Positions 1 through 12,450 of a DNA stretch of 64,000 bases are shown piece by piece. Both the position numbers and the translations under genes were made by a program. The notes under the pieces are model-generated. The model saw only the letters and a list, made by a program, of their open reading frames with translations, had not been told where the DNA came from and did not search any database. Origin of the DNA: Eledone cirrhosa (taxonomy: Eukaryota). The stretch covers positions 50,220,001 to 50,284,000 of the forward strand of contig OZ024741.1 of the NCBI GenBank assembly GCA_964016885.1. The letters run 5' to 3'. Within the stretch, counting starts at the first letter, position 1. Each line of letters begins with the position of its first letter.

Positions 1-2509
1 AAATCAGGCGATACGAGAACAGAGTCAGTCAGTATAGACAGAACCGCATGTTCGACAGCAACCAGAAGATGCTGTTTGGACAGCTTGAAGGGAAAGAAAG
101 AGGCAACGACTTGATCCCTGAGGCGGAACAAACCAAAACATTCTGGAGAGGAATATGGGAGCAGGATGTTAAACATAATGACCAGGCAGTGTGGATTGAG
201 ACAGTACAGAAGGAGATTAGTGAACAGGCACACCAACAAACTGATTTGAGTATCACAGTTGAAACTCTTAAGGGGCAGGCCAAAAAACTAACCAACTGGA
301 AATCACCAGGCCCAGATGGTGTGCATGTATTGGATTAAAAATATAACATCCCTCCACCTGAAACTGACAACCATGTTCAATGACTGCTTGATGTCAGGTG
401 AGGTACCAGAGTGGTTGATAAAGAGTACCACAGTTCTGATAATGAACGACCGAATCAAGGGTAATGATGTTACCAACTATAGACCTATCACATGTCTGTT
501 CGTAATGTGGAAACTGTTGACAAGCATTATGTCTGAGGAAATCTACCATCACCTCCACACAAACAACTTGTTACCGGATGAACAGAAAGGATGCCGAAAG
601 AAGTCACGTGGTACAAAGGACCAGTTGCTTATTGATAAGATGGTAATGAGGAATTGCAAGAGGAGACACACTGGTCTTGCCATGGGATGGATAGACTACA
701 AAAAGGCATTTGACATGGTGCCTCATTCTTGGATCACCAAAAGCCTGGAGATCTTCAAGGTGGCAGATAACATCAGACAGTTGTTGGGCAAAAGTATGAA
801 GTCCTGGGAAACAGAGTTAACATCAACTGGAGAATCCTTGGGAAGCGTGAAGATCAAGAGAGGTATCTTCCAGGGAGATAGTCTGTCCCCTCTGCTGTTT
901 GTCCTTGCCCTGATGCCCCTGACCAGTGTACTGCGAAAAGTGAGAGCAGGATACAGGTTGGGAAAGGGAGGGCTTACCATCAATCACCTCCTCTTCATGG
1001 ACGATCTTAAGCTCTTCGGGAAGAGTGAGAAGGAGTTGGACGTGCTTGTTGACACTGTCCGTATTTTCAGCAATGATATATGTATGCAATTTGGTATTAG
1101 TAAATGTGGAGTCATTGTGATGAAGAGGGGTAAGTTGAGCAGAAGTAACGGAATCCAGGTACCAACAGGTGAGATGATAAAGGAAATTGACTCTGAAGAA
1201 GGATACAAGTATTTGGGTATTCTGGAGGCTGATGACATCAAGAACAAAAAAATGAAGGAATTGATAAGAACTGAATACATTCGGAGAGTAAGGAGCGTAT
1301 TAAAGTCACATCTGAACAGTAGGAATGCCATAAGTGCAGTAAATTCCCAAGCTGTGTCTATTATTAGGTACAGTGCGGGAATTCTGAGATGGAATGTTGC
1401 TGAACAAAAAGAAATGGATAGGAAGACTAGGAAGCTATTGACTATCTACAACAAGTTCCACAAGAGGAGTGATGTCGATAGACTCTACTTAAGGAGATCT
1501 GAAGGTGGAAGAGGTCTTATCAGCATAGAGGACTGTGTTCAGATGGAGAAAAACAACCTACACAAATACGTGACTGATAGTAAGGAGCCAATGCTCAGAA
1601 CTGTACTGAAGGAGGGGACAATAGGCCAGGGGATGTCCAAGGAGGAAATAACATCAAGGAGAAAGAGCAGCCTTCAGGAAAAATCCCTTCATAGTACCTT
1701 CTTTGAGAAAACTGAATTTAGAGATCCACAGACATGGAACTGGTTGAAAAGAGGAGACCTTAAAAAGGCTACAGAAGGAATGTTAATGGCTGGCGCAGGA
1801 GCAGGCCCTCAAAACGAAGTGGTTGAAACACCATATTTACAAGGAGGAGGCTAGCCCACTGTGCAGGATCTGTGGAGAGAGAGAGGAGACTGTGGCTTAC
1901 ATTGTATCCGAGTGTAAACACCTAGCCCAGACTCACTATAAGGGCTGGAGACATGATGTGATGGGCAGGGTGATCCACTGGCACCTATGCAAAGTAAACA
2001 ATTTGCCACATTCTGAGAAGTGGTATGAGCATAAGCCAGAGTCGGTGATGGAAAACGATCAGGTGAAGGTGCTGTGGGATTTTAGGATACAGACGGACAA
2101 GAAACTGGAACACAATAGACCTGACCTGGTGGTTGTGAACAAAGAAAAAAGATCGTGCCTGATTGTGGATGTGGCCTGCCCATTCGACACGAGAGTGCAA
2201 GAGAAGCAGAGGGAGAAAATTAACCGATACCAGGACTTAAAGTGGGAGGTAAAAAGGATTTGGAACTGCCATGAAGTCAAAGTGATCCCGATTGTCATAG
2301 GCGCACTAGGGACTATCTCAAAAAGTTTCCAGGGATGGTTAAAGAAAATTGGCCCCTACACGCTTTTTGGAACGCTTCAAAAGGCATGCTTGCTGGGAAC
2401 AGCAAGAACCCTCCGATACGTCCTGAATATCTGAGGCTGCAGGTAGTGGCTTGATATTCATTTCAACAAACTTTTCAGTTAACTAACATCAATGACAGAC
2501 TCAAAGAGC

Positions 2510-2540
<31 letters not shown>
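1..2540 (+). mobile_element. Non-LTR retrotransposon with RT plus C-terminal restriction-like endonuclease (R4/Dong-like). Runs off the window 5' end, has two frameshifts and ends in a (TAA)n tract
   Basis: ORFs 48-338, 316-1854 and 1823-2434 join through single-base frameshifts near 332 (PDGVH/YWIK) and 1793 (MLMA/AQEQAL). RT motifs are NYRPITCL, IDYKKAFD, FQGDSLSPLLF and LLFMDD. There is a degenerate CCHC knuckle (CRICGEREETVAYIVSEC), RHD, and the RLE motif RPDLVVV...IVDVACP...EK..RY. (AAT)n lies at 2510-2540. Confidence 0.9.
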
Positions 2541-2711
2541 TCATATTATTATTAATATTCGGTTTGTTTGCAAGTAAACAGCCTCATAAACACCATGTGC
2601 TAGATGACCAACATCATCCTTTTGTACCAGCGGTAGCTGAGAGAAAACATGAAGGTGAATTAAAACAAAATAAACTCCAAAATCTGAAGATAGAGAATAA
2701 AATGTACGTAC

Positions 2712-2804
2712 ATGAATAATCTTATCTCTTTGTTCAAGTTGGTATTTGGCTGTTTTGCATTCATTGTCTAAGTCTTGATATGATCGTTTTTTGGACTCAA
2801 GTTC
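2712..2804 (-). CDS. LRRFIP2: LRRFIP1/2-family coding exon (ELESKKRSYQDLDNECKTAKYQLEQRDKIIH), 93 nt, phase 0
   Basis: Flanked by cag| and |gtacgt on the minus strand. Coiled-coil peptide resembling the vertebrate LRRFIP2 segment ELERQKH...LRQRDELIE (recalled, not aligned). Confidence 0.85.
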
Positions 2805-3010
2805 CTGGCGAATCAAACAAATAGAGAGATAGAAAGAAAGAAAAAGAGAGAGATTAGTAACTCAATGTGACATGGAACTAACTTCACAGTTGATAAACTA
2901 GATACCAGGAATACGTTTAGGTTGGAGAGATGAAATTGTTGTATGAAAAGAAAGATATGACTTACCAGAGTAAGAACCCAAAGTGTATGATTTGATTATA
3001 TCTTGCATAA

Positions 3011-6000
3011 GGTGCAGGCCTGGATGTGAGGTTGAGAAGTTTGCTTGGCAACCACATAGTTCAGGCTTCTATTCTACTGTGTGGCACCTTGGACAAGTGT
3101 CTTCTACTATAACCTCAGGTTCTATTCTACTGTGTGGCACCTTGGACAAGTGTCTTCTACTATAACCTCAAGTTCTATTCTACTGTGTGGCACCTTGGGC
3201 AAGTGTCTTCTACTATAATCTCAAGTTCTATTCTACTGTGTGGCACCTTGGACAAGTGTATTCTACTATAACCTCAGGTTCTATTCTACTGTGTGGCACC
3301 TTGGACAAGTGTCTTCTACTATAACCTCAAGTTCTATTCTACTAAGTGAGATCTTGGACAAGTGTCTTCTACTATAACCTCAGGTTCTATTCTACTGTGT
3401 GGGCCATTGGACAAGTGTCTTCTACTATAACCTCAATTTCTATTCTACTGTGTGGCACCTTGGACAAGTGTCTTCTACTATAACCTCAAGTTCTATTCTA
3501 CTGTGTGGAACCTTGGACAAGTGTCTTCTACTATAACCTCAGGTTCTATTCTACTGTGTGGCACCTTGGACAAGTGTCTTCTACTATAACCTCAAGTTCT
3601 ATTCTACTGTGTGGCACCTTGGACAAGTGTCTTCTACTATAACCTCAGGTTCTATTCTACTGTGTGGCACCTTGGACAAATGTCTTCTACTATAACCTCA
3701 AGTTCTATTCTACTGTGTGGCACATTGGGCAAGTGTCTTCTACTATAACCTCAAGTTCTATTCTACTGTGTGACACCTTGGACAAGTGTCTTCTACTATA
3801 ACCTCAAGTTCTATTCTACTGTGTGGCACCTTGGACAAGTGTCTTCTACTATAACCTCAAGTTCTATTCTACTGTGTGGCACCTTGGACAAGTGTCTTCT
3901 ACTATAACCTCAAGTTCTATTCTACTGTGTGGCACCTTGGGCAAGTGTCTTCTACTATAACCTCAAGTTCTATTCTACTGTGTGGCACCTTGGACAAGTG
4001 TCTTCTACTATAACCTCAAGTTCTATTCTACTGTGTGGCACCTTGGACAAGTGTCTTCTACTATAACCTCAGGTTCTATTCTACTGTGTGGCACCTTGGA
4101 CAAGTGTCTTCTACTATAATCTCAAGTTCTATTCTACTGTGTGGCACCTTGGACAAGTGTCTTCTACTATAACCTCAGGTTCTATTCTACTGTGTGGCAC
4201 CTTGGACAAGTGTCTTCTACTATAACCTCAAGTTCTATTCTACTGTGTGGCACCTTGGACAAGTGTCTTCTACTATAACCTCAGGTTCTACTTTACTGTG
4301 TGGCACCTTGGGCAAGTGTCTTCTACTATAACCTCAATTTCTATTCTACTGTGTGGTACCTTGGACAAGTGTCTTCTACTATGACCTCAAGTTCTATTCT
4401 ACTGTGTAGCACCTTGGACAAGTGTTTTCTACTATAACCTCAATTTCTATTCTACTGTGTGGCACCTTGGACAAGTGTCTTCTACTATAACCTAAAGTTC
4501 TATTCTACTGTGTGGCACCTTGGACAAGTGTCTTCTACTATAACCTCAGGTTCTACTTTACTGTGTGGCACCTTGGGCAAGTGTCTTCTACTATAACCTC
4601 AAGTTCTATTCTACTGTGTGGCACCTTGGACAAGTGCCTTCTACTATAACCTGAAGTTCTATTCCACAGTGTGGCACCTTGGACAAGTGCCTTCTACTAT
4701 AACCTCAGGTTCTATTCTACTGTGTGGGACCTTGGACAAGTGTCTTCTACTATAACCTCAAGTTCTATTCTACTGTGTGGCATCTTGGACAAGTGTCTTC
4801 TACTATAACCTCAAGTTCTATTCTACTGTGTGGCACCTTGGACAAGTGTCTTCTACTATAACCTCAGGTTCTATTCTACTCTGTGGCACCTTGGACAAGT
4901 GTCTTCTACTATAACCTCAAGTTCTATTCTACTCTGTGGCACCTTGGACAAGTGTCTTCTACTATAACCTCAAGTTCTATTCTACTGTGTGGCATCTTGG
5001 ACAAGTGTCTTCTACTATAACCTCAAGTTCTATTCTACTGTGTGGAACCTTGGACAAGTGTCTTCTACTATAACCTCAAGTTCTATTCTACTGTGTGGCA
5101 CCTTGGACAAGTGTCTTCCACTATAACCTCAAGTTCTATTCCACAGTGTGGCACCTTGGGCAAGTGTCTTCTACTATAACCTCAGGTTCTATTCTACTGT
5201 GTGGCACCTTGGACAAGTGCCTTCTACTATAACCTCAAGTTCTATTCCACAGTGTGGCACCTTGGGCAAGTGTCTTCTACTATAACCTCAGGTTCTATTC
5301 TACTCTGTGGCACCTTGGACAAGTGTCTTCTACTATAACCTCAAGTTCTATTCTACTCTGTGGCACCTTGGACAAGTGTCTTCTACTATAACCTCAAGTT
5401 CTATTCTACTGTGTGGCATCTTGGACAAGTGTCTTCTACTATAACCTCAAGTTCTATTCTACTGTGTGACACCTTGGACAAGTGTCTTCTACTATAACCT
5501 CAGGTTCTATTCTACTGTGTGGCACCTTGGACAAGTGTCTTCTACTATAACCTCAGGTTCTATTCTACTGTGTGACACCTTGGACAAGTGTCTTCTACTA
5601 TAACCTCAAGTTCTATTCTACTCTGTGGCACCTTGGACAAGTGTCTTCTACTATAACCTCAAGTTCTATTCTACTCTGTGGCACCTTGGGCAAGTGTCTT
5701 CTACTATAACCTCAAGTTCTATTCTACTCTGTGGCATCTTGGACAAGTGTCTTCTACTATAACCTCAAGTTCTATTCTACTCTGTGGCACCTTGGACAAG
5801 TGTCTTCTACTATAACCTCAAGTTCTATTCTACTGTGTGACACCTTGGACAAGTGTCTTCTACTATAACCTCAAGTTCTATTCCACAGTGTGGCACCTTG
5901 GGCAAGTGTCTTCTACTATAACCTCAGGTTCTATTCTACTCTGTGGCACCTTGGACAAGTGTCTTCTACTATAACCTCAAGTTCTATTCTACTCTGTGGC

Positions 6001-9000
6001 ACCTTGGACAAGTGTCTTCTACTATAACCTCAAGTTCTATTCTACTGTGTGGCATCTTGGACAAGTGTCTTCTACTATAACCTCAGGTTCTATTCTTCGG
6101 TGTCGCACCTTGGACAAGTGTCTTCTACTATAACCTCAAGTTCTATTCTACTGTGTGGTACATTGGGCAAGTGTCTTCTACTATTACCTCAAGTTCTATT
6201 CTACTGTGTGGCACCTTGGACAAGTGTCTTCTACTATAACCTCAGGTTCTATTCTACTGTGTGGCACCTTGGACAAGTGTCTTCTACTATAACCTCAGGT
6301 TCTATTCTACTCTGTGGCACCTTGGACAAGTGTTTTCTACTATAACCTCAAGTTCTATTCTACTGTGTGGCACCTTGGACAAGTGTCTTCTACTATAACC
6401 TCAGGTTCTATTCTACTCTGTGGCACCTTGGACAAGTGTCTTCTACTATAACCTAAAGTTCTATTCTACTGTGTGGCACCTTGGACAAGTGTCTTCTACT
6501 ATAACCTCAGGTTCTACTCTACTGTGTGGCACCTTGGACAAGTGTCTTCTACTATAACCTAAAGTTCTATTCTACTGTGTGGCACCTTGGGCAAGTGTCT
6601 TCTACTATAACCTCAAGTTCTATTCTACTGTGTGGCACCTTGGACAAGTGTCTTCTACTATAACCTCAGGTTCTATTCTACTGTGTGGCACCTTGGACAA
6701 GTGTCTTCTACTATAACCTCAAGTTCTATTCTACTGTGTGGCACCTTGGACAAGTGTCTTCTACTATAACCTCAATTTCTATTCTACTGTGTGGCATCTT
6801 GGACGAGTGTCTTCTACTATAACCTCAAGTTCTATTCTACTGTGTGGCACCTTGGACAAGTGTCTTCTACTATAACGTCAGGTTCTATTCTTCTGTGTCG
6901 CACCTTGGACAAGTGTCTTCTACTATAACCTCAAGTTCTATTCTACTGTGTGGCACCTTGGACAAGTGTCTTCTACTATAACGTCAGGTTCTATTCTTCT
7001 GTGTCGCACCTTGGACAAGTGTCTTCTACTATAACCTCAAGTTCTATTCTACTGTGTGGTACATTGGGCAAGTGTCTTCTACTATTACCTCAAGTTCTAT
7101 TCTACTGTGTGGCACCTTGGACAAGTGTCTTCTACTATAACCTCAAGTTCTATTCTACTGTGTGGCACCTTGGGCAAGTGTCTTCTACTATAACCTCAAG
7201 TTCTATTCTACTGTGTGGCACCTTGGACAAGTGTCTTCTACTATAACCTCAAGTTCTATTCTACTGTGTGGCACCTTGGACAAGTGTCTTCTACTATAAC
7301 CTCAGGTTCTATTCTACTGTGTGGCACCTTGGACAAGTGTCTTCTACTATAACCTAAAGTTCTATTCTACTGTGTGGCACCTTGGACAAGTGTCTTCTAC
7401 TATAACCTCAAGTTCTATTCTACTGTGTGGTACATTGGGCAAGTGTCTTCTACTATTACCTCAAGTTCTATTCTACTGTGTGGCACCTTGGACAAGTGTC
7501 TTCTACTATAACCTCAAGTTCTATTCTACTGTGTGGCACCTTGGGCAAGTGTCTTCTACTATAACCTCAAGTTCTATTCTACTGTGTGGCACCTTGGACA
7601 AGTGTCTTCTACTATAACCTCAAGTTCTATTCTACTGTGTGGCACCTTGGACAAGTGTCTTCTACTATAACCTCAGGTTCTATTCTACTGTGTGACACCT
7701 TGGACAAGTTTCTTCTACTATAACCTAAAGTTCTATTCTACTGTGTGGCACCTTGGGCAAGTGTATTCTACTATAACCTCAGGTTCTATTCTACTGTGTG
7801 GGACCTTGGGCAAGTGTCTTCTACTATAACCTCAAGTTCTATTCTACTGTGTGGCACCTTGGACAAGTGTCTTCTACTATAACCTCAGGTTCTATTCTAC
7901 TGTGTGGCACCTTGGACAAGTGTCTTCTACTATAACCTAAAGTTCTATTCTACTGTGTGGCACCTTGGACAAGTGTCTTCTACTATAACCTCAGGTTCTA
8001 CTCTACTGTGTGGCACCTTGGACAAGTGTCTTCTACTATAACCTAAAGTTCTATTCTACTGTGTGGCACCTTGGGCAAGTGTCTTCTACTATAACCTCAA
8101 GTTCTATTCTACTGTGTGGCACCTTGGACAAGTGTCTTCTACTATAACCTCAGGTTCTATTCTACTGTGTGGCACCTTGGACAAGTGTCTTCTACTATAA
8201 CCTCAAGTTCTCTTCTACTGTGTGGAACCTTGGACAAGTGTCTTCTACTATAACCTCAAGTTCTATTCTACTGTGTGGCATCTTGGACAAGTGTCTTCTA
8301 CTATAACCTCAGGTTCTATTCTACTGTGTGGGACCTTGGACAAGTGTCTTCTACTATAACCTCGGGTTCTATTCTACTGTGTGGCACCTTGGACAAGTGT
8401 CTTCTACTATAACCTCAAGTTCTATTCTACTGTGTGGCACCTTGGACAAGTGTCTTCTACTATAACCTCAAGTTCTATTCTACTGTGTGGCACCTTGGAC
8501 AAGTGTCTTCTACTATAACCTAAAGTTCTATTCTACTGTGTGGCACCTTGGACAAGTGTCTTCTACTATAACCTCAAGTTCTATTCTACTGTGTGGCACC
8601 TTGGGCAAGTGTCTTCTACTATAACCTCAAGTTCTATTCTACTGTGTGGCACCTTGGACAAGTGTCTTCTACTATAACCTCAAGTTCTATTCTACTGTGT
8701 GGCACCTTGGACAAGTGTCTTCTACTATAACCTCAGGTTCTATTCTACTGTGTGGCACCTTGGACAAGTGTCTTCTACTATAACCTAAAGTTCTATTCTA
8801 CTGTGTGGCACCTTGGGCAAGTGTCTTCTACTATAACCTCAAGTTCTATTCTACTGTGTGGCACCTTGGACAAGTGTCTTCTACTATAACCTCAGGTTCT
8901 ATTCTACTGTGTGGCACCTTGGACAAGTGTCTTCTACTATAACCTAAAGTTCTATTCTACTGTGTGGCACCTTGGACAAGTGTCTTCTACTATAACCTCA

Positions 9001-10370
9001 AGTTCTATTCTACTGTGTGGTACATTGGGCAAGTGTCTTCTACTATTACCTCAAGTTCTATTCTACTGTGTGGCACCTTGGACAAGTGTCTTCTACTATA
9101 ACCTCAAGTTCTATTCTACTGTGTGGCACCTTGGGCAAGTGTCTTCTACTATAACCTCAAGTTCTATTCTACTGTGTGGCACCTTGGACAAGTGTCTTCT
9201 ACTATAACCTCAAGTTCTATTCTACTGTGTGGCACCTTGGACAAGTGTCTTCTACTATAACCTCAGGTTCTATTCTACTGTGTGACACCTTGGACAAGTT
9301 TCTTCTACTATAACCTAAAGTTCTATTCTACTGTGTGGCACCTTGGGCAAGTGTCTTCTACTATAACCTCAGGTTCTATTCTACTGTGTGGGACCTTGGG
9401 CAAGTGTCTTCTACTATAACCTCAAGTTCTATTCTACTGTGTGGCACCTTGGACAAGTGTCTTCTACTATAACCTCAGGTTCTATTCTACTGTGTGGCAC
9501 CTTGGACAAGTGTCTTCTACTATAACCTAAAGTTCTATTCTACTGTGTGGCACCTTGGACAAGTGTCTTCTACTATAACCTCAGGTTCTACTCTACTGTG
9601 TGGCACCTTGGACAAGTGTCTTCTACTATAACCTAAAGTTCTATTCTACTGTGTGGCACCTTGGGCAAGTGTCTTCTACTATAACCTCAAGTTCTATTCT
9701 ACTGTGTGGCACCTTGGACAAGTGTCTTCTACTATAACCTCAGGTTCTATTCTACTGTGTGGCACCTTGGACAAGTGTCTTCTACTATAACCTCAAGTTC
9801 TCTTCTACTGTGTGGCACCTTGGACAAGTGTCTTCTACTATAACCTCAAGTTCTATTCTACTGTGTGGCATCTTGGACAAGTGTCTTCTACTATAACCTC
9901 AGGTTCTATTCTACTGTGTGGGACCTTGGACAAGTGTCTTCTACTATAACCTCAAGTTCTATTCTACTGTGTGGCACCTTGGACAAGTGTCTTCTACTAT
10001 AACCTCAAGTTCTATTCTACTGTGTGGCACCTTGGGCAAGTGTCTTCTACTATAACCTCAAGTTCTATTCTACTGTGTGGCATCTTGGACAAGTGTCTTC
10101 TACTATAACCTCAGGTTCTATTCTACTGTGTGGGACCTTGGACAAGTGTCTTCTACTATAACCTAAAGTTCTATTCTACTGTGTGGCACCTTGGGCAAGT
10201 GTCTTCTCCTATAACCTCAGCTTCTATTCTACTGTGTGGCACCTTGGGCAAGTGTCTTCTACTATAACCTCAGGTTCTATACCACTTGTGGCACCTTGGG
10301 CAATAACCTTTGAGTTGATCAATGACTTGTCAGTGAAATTTGGTAGACAGAAACCATGTGGAAGTTGTGT
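3011..10370 (+). mobile_element. tRNA-derived SINE split by internal satellite amplification (head ~3011-3067, tail ~10290-10370)
   Basis: Head ggtgcaggcctggatgtgaggttgagaagtttgcttggcaaccacatagttcagg is A/B-box-like. The monomer contains the CORE-like gtggcaccttgggcaagt. The non-repetitive continuation gtgaaatttggtagacagaaacc...gaag runs into (GT)n after the array. Confidence 0.7.
3068..10290 (+). repeat. 53-bp tandem satellite, ~136 copies
   Basis: Monomer TTCTATTCTACTGTGTGGCACCTTGGACAAGTGTCTTCTACTATAACCTCAAG repeated head-to-tail with point variants and no spacers. Confidence 0.98.
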
Positions 10371-10678
10371 GTGTGCATGTTGATATGTGTGTACAGATGT
10401 GTGTATGTGTTTATATTTGTGACTATACATCGATACTTCTTTGCTTTCTTATTCCTGAGAGGGTTGTGGGGGCAGAGTCTTCAAACAGTCCTAGCAGGTC
10501 CTGTCAGAAGTAACTGTCCAGGCAAGACCAGCTGAACTCATGGTTGTATCCAACCATCTTGCTCAGGGTCTACTCTGGCAATCATTGACCAGCCATTGAC
10601 AGTGGTGTGAAGGAATCCACCCAAACCTACCGCCATGCCTAAAGAAAATATAGACTACCAAGTGACTGAAACATGTGT

Positions 10679-10884
10679 CCTTGTCACAGATAGAACTCTT
10701 AAGAATTCTTGTCACAAAGATAGAACCCTTAAGGATCCTTGTCACAGATAGATAGAACTCCTAAAGATCCTTGTCACAGATAGAACCTCTACAGATCCTT
10801 ATCACAAACAGAACCCCTAAAGATCCTTGTCACAGATAGAACCCCCAAAGATCTTTGTCACAGATAGATAGAACCCCTAAAGAA
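10679..10884. repeat. ~28-32-bp minisatellite (CTTGTCACAGATAGAACCCCTAAAGATC), ~7 copies
   Basis: Direct repeats visible in the sequence. The array ends at the exon donor site at 10885-10889. Confidence 0.9.
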
Positions 10885-10889
10885 CTTAC

Positions 10890-11060
10890 TTTACATTTGT
10901 CCTTAAACTGGCGTTGGTATTCAATGACTTCTTCCTCCTGTTCTTCTAGCTGGTCCTTGAGGAGATCAACTTCAAAAACAAGGGCCTGCTTTTCATTATG
11001 GAGTTGGGCTGAGCCCATCATAGCTTTCTTATATTTGTCTTCCAACTCGCCTAGCTGTGA
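10890..11060 (-). CDS. LRRFIP2: LRRFIP1/2-family coding exon (SQLGELEDKYKKAMMGSAQLHNEKQALVFEVDLLKDQLEEQEEEVIEYQRQFKDKCK), 171 nt, phase 0
   Basis: ttacag| acceptor and |gtaagt donor. Matches the LRRFIP signature EEKYKKAMV.NAQLDNEK...YQVD.LKD. Confidence 0.93.
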
Positions 11061-11724
11061 CTGTAATTATAGAGAGGTAGGAGAGATATATGTGTGTGTG
11101 TGTGTATGTGTGTGTGTGTGTATGTGTGTGTGTGTGTATGTGTGTGTGTGTGTGTGTATACGTAAAACGAAAACAGATATAACAAAGCAATCAACACAGT
11201 ACAATGAAAAAATATATATGTATGTGTGTATATACATACATACATGTGTGTATGTGTGTATATACATACATACATACATGTGTGTATGTGTGTATATACA
11301 TACATACATGTGTATATGTGTGTATATATATATATGTATATATATATACGTACATATGTGTGTGTGTGTACACATACATGCATCAGTAGAGCAAGGGAAT
11401 ATATATAAGTGAGATGCAGGCTCTTTGCCTACCCTAGCACTTGGTAGAGTGCAGGAAAGTAATTAAATGGGAGATGCAGGCCCCCAAACTATCTGAGAGG
11501 TCTGTAGGTCTGCTTGAGTACTAACTGTTTATGATAACCCATATATGTATACAGACGTACAGTAGTATGTATATATATATACATACATGCACACATATAT
11601 ATATGTACGTATGGATTCACCGAACATTTATTATAATGCTCGTTGTGTTTGTAAACAAACATCCCGTATTAAGCCGTAGTGTCTAGCAACCATCGTTGCT
11701 CGTTTGTTCAACACTGACAAAGGA

Positions 11725-11767
11725 ACGCTGTACTAGTTTCAAGCTTATTAGCTATCGTCAGCAACGT
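11725..11767 (-). ncRNA. Minimal type I hammerhead ribozyme (left arm, sense to the host pre-mRNA)
   Basis: Exact reverse complement of the 11932-11974 motif. Confidence 0.8.
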
Positions 11768-11931
11768 ATACCTTCCTGCCAGATTGTTGAACGTATATAC
11801 TTACCTTATGCATATTAACGGCTGAGTAGCCCAATTTGCATATCGAGTGGGTTAATCGGCCGGGTGCACCGAAAACGATAAATCGGTGCACCCGGCCGAT
11901 TAACCCACTCAATATGCAAATCGGAAGGTAT

Positions 11932-11974
11932 ACGTTGCTGACGATAGCTAATAAGCTTGAAACTAGTACAGCGT
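11932..11974 (+). ncRNA. Minimal type I hammerhead ribozyme (right arm)
   Basis: ACGTTG-CTGACGA-T AGCT AATA AGCT T-GAAA-CTAG-TA-CAGCGT. Stem I pairs over 6 bp and stem III is the palindrome ACTAGT. Predicted GUA cleavage after 11968. Confidence 0.82.
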
Positions 11975-12168
11975 TCCTTTGTGAGTGTTGAACAAAAGAG
12001 CAACGATGGTTGCTAGACACTACGGCTTAATACGGGATGTTTGTTTACAAACAGACCGAGCATTATAATAAATGTTCGGTGAATCCATACGTACATATAT
12101 ATATATGTGTGCATGTATGTATATATATATACATACTACTGTACGTCTGTATACATATATGTATATAC

Positions 12169-12283
<115 letters not shown>

Positions 12284-12412
12284 TATATATATACACACAC
12301 ACACATATATATATACACACACACATATATATATATATATATACACACACACATATATATATATATATATACACACATATGTGTATATATATATATATAT
12401 ACATACATATAT

Positions 12413-12448
<36 letters not shown>

Positions 12449-12450
<2 letters not shown>

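Larger units (their letters stand above)
11541..12160. mobile_element. 620-bp near-perfect foldback of a Penelope-type terminal repeat, with one HHR per arm
   Basis: 11541-11872 is the reverse complement of 11883-12160 apart from a ~57-bp left-arm insert (11777-11833). The loop is 10 nt. AATAAA follows each HHR. Confidence 0.85.

Noticed and set aside
3068-10290. CRISPR-like array, or coding ORFs (MAPWTSVFYY...) in the 53-bp repeats
   Set aside because: There are no unique spacers and no cas genes, and the context is a eukaryotic intron. The ORFs are chance read-throughs where a variant removes the monomer's stop codon.
11777-11833. GTAAGT...CAG inside the left-arm insert of the palindrome, read as a spliced-out intron
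   Set aside because: The GT-AG span is only ~29 nt and does not coincide with the ~57-bp segment missing from the right arm.
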